DNA of 64,000 nucleotides from Candidatus Woesearchaeota archaeon (lineage in GTDB: Archaea; Nanobdellota; Nanobdellia; Pacearchaeales; UBA284). The notes beneath the pieces were generated by a model. It did no database searches. It had not been told where the DNA came from and saw only the letters and a program-made list of their open reading frames with translations. The stretch is from positions 3,810 through 67,809 of the forward strand of contig CAZRGF010000004.1 of the NCBI GenBank assembly GCA_964599615.1. The letters are read 5' to 3'. Shown piece by piece: positions 58,732 to 64,000 of the stretch. Within the stretch, counting starts at the first letter, position 1; each line of letters starts with the position of its first letter. The position numbers and the translations under genes were made by a program.

Positions 58732-59301
58732 ATGAAAAAAATTGTGCTGACTTTGATAATTATCGGAATAATTATTCTCATTGGCATTTTATTATTCTAC
58801 TTTTTCGGAAGAGAAAGCCAAGGCAGTCATGAATGCAAGGGGGAGAATAATTGTGTTGCTTTAGGTGGTTGCCATCCCGGATGTTGGAACAAAAACAATT
58901 TACCCAGGGATTATATCTGGAATCAACAAATGTGTGGAATGAAGGCGCCAGAAAATTGTGGATGTATCGAAAATATATGCGTTGCAGATTATGGGTCTTA
59001 TGCTGCAAAATTACTTAGTTTTAGTGGTGGTTCTTTTGTTGAATCTGCAAGTTTTTATGAGGGTGAATTAACCATGGACATTACAAATAAAATGATGACC
59101 GGTGTCCCATATTCTGATTTAATGAATCAATCTTCTCATAAATCTGTTTTTGTTTGTACAACAAGTTGGTCTTGGGTAAAGGTTGGTTCTTGTTATGAGT
59201 TAAATGAGTTGGAGATTCAAAGAAATCAAGCAGAACACAAATACTCCATAGGGTTAAGTGGATGTTATATTGGTTCATTTAAAGAAATAAGTTGCACATA
59301 G
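58732..59301 (+). CDS. Cys-rich membrane-anchored secreted protein
   Basis: Signal anchor; C-rich cluster CKGENNCVALGGCHPGC...CGCIENIC. Confidence 0.7.
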   Translation: MKKIVLTLIIIGIIILIGILLFYFFGRESQGSHECKGENNCVALGGCHPGCWNKNNLPRDYIWNQQMCGMKAPENCGCIENICVADYGSYAAKLLSFSGGSFVESASFYEGELTMDITNKMMTGVPYSDLMNQSSHKSVFVCTTSWSWVKVGSCYELNELEIQRNQAEHKYSIGLSGCYIGSFKEISCT

Positions 59302-59344
59302 TTAGAACAAATTCTGTAAAAACCACCCCTTTTTGTTCATACTT

Positions 59345-59357
59345 TGCTAGAGGCTTT
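59345..59357 (+). repeat. Direct repeat of tRNA-Thr 3' end (att-like)
   Basis: TGCTAGAGGCTTT identical to 58665-58677. Confidence 0.65.
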
Positions 59358-59395
59358 TCCAAAACTCTTAAATACTATTTTTTCCTTAAATAAAG

Positions 59396-60202
59396 ATGGT
59401 AGCTGAAAAAAACAAAAAAGAAAATCTGGCTTTAGTTCTTTCAGGTGGCGGGGCTCGAGGAATGGCCCATATTGGAGTTTTAAAAGTTCTTGAAAAGAAT
59501 AATATTGTTCCCAACATAATTATCGGGACATCTGCAGGCGCTATGGTTGGCGGGATGTATGCTGCCGGAAAATTAGCAGATTTTGAAAAAATGTTAACAA
59601 GTAAAAGTCAAAAAGACATAAAAAAACTTGCTGCTTTTCGTCCCCATGAGGGGGGCTTGATTAATCCAGATAGGCTTGAAAAAGAATTGAGGAAGATAAT
59701 CGGAAATAAAAAAATAGAAGAACTAGACAAGAAATATTTCGCAACCGCAGTTGATTTACTAACTGGAAAAGAAGTTAGGATGGAGAGGGGGGATTTATGT
59801 CAAGCTATTCTGGCAAGCAGTTCAATTCCATTATTAGTACCTCCTGTTAAAAAAGAAGGGATGTTGCTTGTAGACGGGGGTTTACAAAATCCTTTAGCCA
59901 TAGATGACGGATTCGACGTAGCTAGAAAAGTTATTGCTGTGAGTATTGAACGAGATATTAAAGAGATGCCAAAAAAAGAAAAATATGGTTTTGTAGATAT
60001 TGCTGAAAGAACATTAACAATAATGCAATGCGACATCGTTGAAAATTCACTTAAGAAATATAAAGACAATTTAATTGTGTTGAGGCCAAATGTCAATATG
60101 GATACACTGGATTTTCATAAAGGAAAAGAAGCTATTGAAATAGGAGAAAAGGAAGCTGAGAAACACATAGAAGAGATAAAAAAACTTGTTCTTGCAGAAT
60201 AA
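59396..60202 (+). CDS. Patatin-like phospholipase
   Basis: SGGGARG, GTSAG, VDGG. Confidence 0.92.
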   Translation: MVAEKNKKENLALVLSGGGARGMAHIGVLKVLEKNNIVPNIIIGTSAGAMVGGMYAAGKLADFEKMLTSKSQKDIKKLAAFRPHEGGLINPDRLEKELRKIIGNKKIEELDKKYFATAVDLLTGKEVRMERGDLCQAILASSSIPLLVPPVKKEGMLLVDGGLQNPLAIDDGFDVARKVIAVSIERDIKEMPKKEKYGFVDIAERTLTIMQCDIVENSLKKYKDNLIVLRPNVNMDTLDFHKGKEAIEIGEKEAEKHIEEIKKLVLAE

Positions 60203-60252
60203 AGTAATTGTTTAGTTCTCAAGTTATTTAATTAAAAATCAGAGATTTCATT

Positions 60253-60317
60253 AAAAGCGAAAGCGCAAATTTGTAACTTAAAAGGTTTGGTTGTCAACAA
60301 CCAGCTATAAGTGTAAA
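60253..60317 (+). repeat. Family-2 hairpin repeat
   Basis: AAAAGCGAAAGCGCA...AAAGGTTTGGTTGTCAACAACCAGCTATAAGTGTAAA. Confidence 0.8.
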
Positions 60318-60387
60318 TAGATATAAGCTTAATTAATTTAAAGATTTTTCAACCAAAAATTTATAATCTCCCCCTTATACCACCATT

Positions 60388-60567
60388 ATGGATAAAAGAT
60401 TTAAAAAAATAATAATAATAGTCTTGATCATCTTGGCCGTAATTGTTCTTGCTTTATTTGTAAGATTCGTGATTGGTGGTTCAGAAGACACTTGGATATG
60501 TTCTGCTGGAGAATGGGTCAAGCATGGAAATCCAGCTAACCTCATGCCTAGCAACCCCTGTATTTAA
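60388..60567 (+). CDS. 59-aa membrane-anchored peptide (absent from ORF track)
   Basis: MDKRFKKIIIIVLIILAVIVLALFVRFVIGGSEDTWICSAGEWVKHGNPANLMPSNPCI. Confidence 0.7.
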   Translation: MDKRFKKIIIIVLIILAVIVLALFVRFVIGGSEDTWICSAGEWVKHGNPANLMPSNPCI

Positions 60568-60631
60568 GTTTCTAATAATTCAATATTCTACCATCGAAAA
60601 ACTTTAAAACCCTTCTTCCCTAAAGATATTC

Positions 60632-61015
60632 ATGATAAAGGTATATGAAATCCCTGCAGATAAAATAGATTCAGCCAAAAATATCTTAGAAGCTCCTGAC
60701 CAAAGTTCTGGCGAGTTAGATGTCGAACTTGAAAAAGAACCTGGCAAGGCGGGAAAAGAGAAAGCAAAATCTTGGAAGATTAATGAATTCAAGAAACAAG
60801 GCTATATCCTCAGAGAAGCAAAAGCTTTGGGAATTGAAAAAAAAGTATTCTTTTTAGAGATTTCTGCAGAAGAAGATTTTTTCAAGAGAAATGAAAAATT
60901 ATTATTGGATACAGGAGCAAAAGTTTTAAATACCTCTGACTCTGACGATATCATTAGAAAAATCAGCGACATGGAATCAAATGCCTCAAGCGGCATTGGC
61001 CTCATATTCGGATGA
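60632..61015 (+). CDS. Hypothetical protein
   Basis: 127-aa ORF with TATA; C-terminal ASSGIGLIFG. Confidence 0.7.
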   Translation: MIKVYEIPADKIDSAKNILEAPDQSSGELDVELEKEPGKAGKEKAKSWKINEFKKQGYILREAKALGIEKKVFFLEISAEEDFFKRNEKLLLDTGAKVLNTSDSDDIIRKISDMESNASSGIGLIFG

Positions 61016-61028
61016 TAAGAAAGTAAAA

Positions 61029-61493
61029 ATGGCAGACGAAAATGATAGAGAAGCATTGTTAAGTCTTTTTTGTGGAGTATGTTTTTCAAGATGTAAAGGA
61101 ATGACTCCCAAAAGATTGTTAAGAAAATATGAATTAATTTCAGCAGGTACTGAAGTTCTGTTAGTAGATAAGAAAGTTGGACCAAGGGCAATGGGAAAAC
61201 TTGTAAATTTAGCTAGTGAAGCACAAAAAAGATTTTGTTCTGAGACGCATGCGCCAAATCAACAATTGCTAGATCTAGAAGCATATATCACCGATAGCAA
61301 TGAGTGTTCTGATTTAGTGGTCCAACCATTTGAACATCAACCCAATGAAGCATATACTTTTTTCTTAGTATCAAGGCCTGTTCAGAGTGAACCAACTAAT
61401 GAACATTATGGTATGGTAAAAATTCCTCAGAAAAGAAACGAATCAGGGATAGTACATAATGTCCGTTATTCTCTCGATCATCTCTCAATCTAG
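61029..61493 (+). CDS. Hypothetical protein
   Basis: ORF; start taken at MADEN. Confidence 0.55.
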   Translation: MADENDREALLSLFCGVCFSRCKGMTPKRLLRKYELISAGTEVLLVDKKVGPRAMGKLVNLASEAQKRFCSETHAPNQQLLDLEAYITDSNECSDLVVQPFEHQPNEAYTFFLVSRPVQSEPTNEHYGMVKIPQKRNESGIVHNVRYSLDHLSI

Positions 61494-61547
61494 TTTTCTA
61501 AACCTTTTTAATTAACTTTTTAAATCCCCAATTCTAGTTAATTCCAA

Positions 61548-61664
61548 GGGCCCATAGTCCAGTGGTTACGACGACTCTTTGACGAAGCTCTCTTTCCGTA
61601 AAGAGACCTTGGAGAGAAAGCTGCAATATGGAGTAGATCCTCGGTTCGATCCCGAGTGGGCCCA
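61548..61664 (+). tRNA. tRNA-Val(GAC) with 44-nt intron (61585-61628) at position 37/38
   Basis: GGGCCCA/TGGGCCC acceptor, ACTCT/GGAGT anticodon stem, TT-GAC-G loop, CTCGG-TTCGATC-CCGAG T-arm; relaxed bulge-helix-bulge. Confidence 0.88.
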
Positions 61665-61756
61665 TTTCTTCTCTTATTTATCAAAGTTAATTCAAAACTT
61701 TTATATACTATTTTTTCTTCATAATACCATCTGAAAAAAGACGGTAATTTACAAAA

Positions 61757-63601
61757 ATGTTTAAGAAAAAAGCACAGGTGACTTTATTTGTTATCCTCGC
61801 AGTTGTAATTGTTGCTCTTGCATTAGCAACATACTTCATTGTAACCAGGACTTCTTTAATTACAAACGAAAATGAAGTTGAAACTTATTTCAAAACCTGT
61901 GTAGACAATAAAGTAAAAGAAGTTGTTGCAACAGCTGAACTTCAAGGCGGCTTTTTAGAACTGCCTAATTTTGAATCAGGTTCTGAAGTTTTTCCTTTTT
62001 CAAGTTATTTTAATTTTCTTGCCTTGGATATTCCTTATTGGTATTATGTTTCAGGAAACGGCTTGCAGAGTATCCAGCGTCCAGAAATAGAAGAAATAGA
62101 AAAACAATTTGCCAGTTATTTAAAACCATATATCAAAGACTGTACTAATTTTGAAAAATTAGAAAAATTCTCTAATTTGAACATCACCTATGGAGAAATA
62201 GAGAATATCTCTGTAAAGATAAGATCAGATTATGTTGAGTCTTCTGTTATCATGCCATTGACTGTTAAAAGTCGGGAAGTAGATTTCAAAAAGTCAGAGC
62301 ATAAAATCAACACCAAAACTTATTTTGGTTCTTTGTATAAAGATGCTTCAACTCTTTTTGATCAAGAAAAAGATAGCACAATCCTGGAAAAGTATTCTCT
62401 GGATGTAATACATAATTACGCTCCTGTTGAAGGCTTGGAGATAAGCTGTGTTCCAAAAATTTGGCAAAAGACACAAGTTCAAGATGACTTGAAATTAGCA
62501 TTACAAGAGAATATTCAAGCACTGAAAGTTTCTGGTTCAGATTATAGGCTAAAATACAAGGAAAATAGATATTTTGTGATAGATTCTCCAATCAACAAAC
62601 AAGTTAATTTTCTTTATTTAAAAAATTGGCCAACGAAGATAGATGTATGGCCAAACCAGGGGGCTTTATTAAAAGCAGAACCTATTGGCAATCAAGCTAG
62701 CCTGGGTTCTTTAGGATTCTGTATTATTCCCTATCATTTTGTTTATGATGTCAGTTTTCCTGTGCTTATTCAGGTTTCATATGGGACAGAGATGTTCCAA
62801 TTTCCCGTTCTAGTGGTTATTGAAAAAATGTCCCCAAGGAGTTTTAGTTCAAATGAGACAAATCCACTTGAGTTGGATATATGCCCAACACCAGGACAAT
62901 TAGGGACAGTATTCACAAATTCAGAGAATAAACCTATTGCTTCAGATATTTCCTATAGATGTTTAAAACAAACATGTGCGATAGGTAGAACAAATGTTTC
63001 TGGAAACGAAGCAAGATTGACAACAACCTTTCCAAAATGTGTCAATGGTTATATTGTGGCTAAGTCTGAGGGTTATAAAGAAACAGAAGCTCTGGTTTCT
63101 ACTAATGAACCATTCATATTAAATGTTAATTTAGAAAAATTATACACTCTTTCTTTAGAATTGAATACAGTTAATGGAGAAAGCGCGATTATTTCTTTTA
63201 ATTCAACAGATTATTCAGTCAATCTGCTATATCCTCCACAAAAAACAATAGAAATTCCAGAAGGCAATTATGATGTCCGCGTCCAGATTTACAAAGAATC
63301 AGGTTTATCTCTTGGATCTCAAGAAACTGAAAGATGCATGAGTGTTCCATCTTCAGGAATTCCTGGGATGATGGGGATAACAACAGAACAATGTTATAAT
63401 ATTACATTGCCAGCATCACAATTGACAAATGTGCCAACAGGTGGAGGTTTCTCTGAATTTTTTGTAACATCTGGAGAATTAAAATCCTCTACTAAGATTA
63501 AGATTCAAGCAGAGAAATTTGATGTTCCCAAATCAGCAGAGGAAGTGATGGATATCTTAGACTTCATCAATTTATCTCCTTTAGAAATAAATTTAGAATA
63601 A
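61757..63601 (+). CDS. Large class III signal-peptide surface protein
   Basis: MFKKKAQ|VTLFVILAVVIV; QGG..., IPYWYY; Cys-containing beta-rich C-terminus. Confidence 0.8.
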   Translation: MFKKKAQVTLFVILAVVIVALALATYFIVTRTSLITNENEVETYFKTCVDNKVKEVVATAELQGGFLELPNFESGSEVFPFSSYFNFLALDIPYWYYVSGNGLQSIQRPEIEEIEKQFASYLKPYIKDCTNFEKLEKFSNLNITYGEIENISVKIRSDYVESSVIMPLTVKSREVDFKKSEHKINTKTYFGSLYKDASTLFDQEKDSTILEKYSLDVIHNYAPVEGLEISCVPKIWQKTQVQDDLKLALQENIQALKVSGSDYRLKYKENRYFVIDSPINKQVNFLYLKNWPTKIDVWPNQGALLKAEPIGNQASLGSLGFCIIPYHFVYDVSFPVLIQVSYGTEMFQFPVLVVIEKMSPRSFSSNETNPLELDICPTPGQLGTVFTNSENKPIASDISYRCLKQTCAIGRTNVSGNEARLTTTFPKCVNGYIVAKSEGYKETEALVSTNEPFILNVNLEKLYTLSLELNTVNGESAIISFNSTDYSVNLLYPPQKTIEIPEGNYDVRVQIYKESGLSLGSQETERCMSVPSSGIPGMMGITTEQCYNITLPASQLTNVPTGGGFSEFFVTSGELKSSTKIKIQAEKFDVPKSAEEVMDILDFINLSPLEINLE

Positions 63602-63740
63602 AAATGATAAAAAAGATTAAACTAAAAAATCAATAATAAACATAAACCAGATAAATATTTAAAAACGAAGTGCAGAACCAACAAATTTGTGTTTAAGCAC
63701 ATCTGTAGGTTAATGGTTTTGTCTACCCAAATACATAAAA

Positions 63741-64000
63741 ATGATAAATAAAAAAGATAAAAAAGATTTGAAAATAATCTTGATAGTGTTACTCTTAATG
63801 ATATTTATCACTGCATTTCCTACGGTTTTATCAGAAGAAGGATTGCAAACTACTGCACAACCCACTGAGTTACAGACGACAATAACACCAACTACTCCTG
63901 AATATTATTACTATCCTTCTTTAAACGATCCTTCTAATTTTATGTCTTGGAACAACGACTTTTGCAACCAGACTGAAAGCATGGATTTTATTGTTGAATT
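63741..64000 (+). CDS. Secreted protein, 3'-truncated by window
   Basis: MINKKDKKDLKIILIVLLLMIFITAFPTVLSEE...CNQTESMDFIVE, open to end. Confidence 0.65.
   Translation, partial: MINKKDKKDLKIILIVLLLMIFITAFPTVLSEEGLQTTAQPTELQTTITPTTPEYYYYPSLNDPSNFMSWNNDFCNQTESMDFIVE

Noticed and set aside
2481..62591. Numerous short ORFs overlapping well-supported genes on the opposite strand or in another frame
   Set aside because: Typical antisense shadows with no motifs or promoters

Overview
AT-rich chromosomal segment of a small-genome archaeon, most likely DPANN (Pacearchaeota/Woesearchaeota-like). This placement is inferred from AglB, RadA, aIF5A, L40e/L44e/S3Ae, GINS, Spt5, SecY/SecE, SRP54/FtsY, FtsZ, TATA-type leaderless promoters and the typical 'KKAQ/KKG' class III signal proteins. 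Bases 1-11.4 kb hold an N-glycosylation/surface-glycan cluster. Housekeeping genes occur in broken-up operons interleaved with single orphan genes. A dispersed type IV pilus-like system is present: a VirB11/TadA-type ATPase at 28-30 kb, a TadC/ArlJ-like platform at 46-48 kb and an array of about 9 class III signal-peptide proteins at 38-45 kb. One of these proteins carries a 3D (MltA-like lytic transglycosylase) peptidoglycan-hydrolase domain and another a long glycine-zipper hydrophobic segment, which suggests a contact-dependent apparatus aimed at bacteria. Intergenic DNA is full of related, modular hairpin repeats: about 8 TIR-bounded ~130-150 bp elements, about 8 'AAAAGCGAAGCGCA...TTTGG-hairpin-CCAGCTATAAGTGTAAA' elements, nested copies and an identical 67-bp promoter-carrying inverted pair. 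No transposase is visible. There are two tRNAs: Thr(TGT), with a 3'-end duplication bracketing one gene, and Val(GAC), with a 44-nt intron that resembles the 67-bp repeat. All calls come from reading motifs by eye; no database searches were run.
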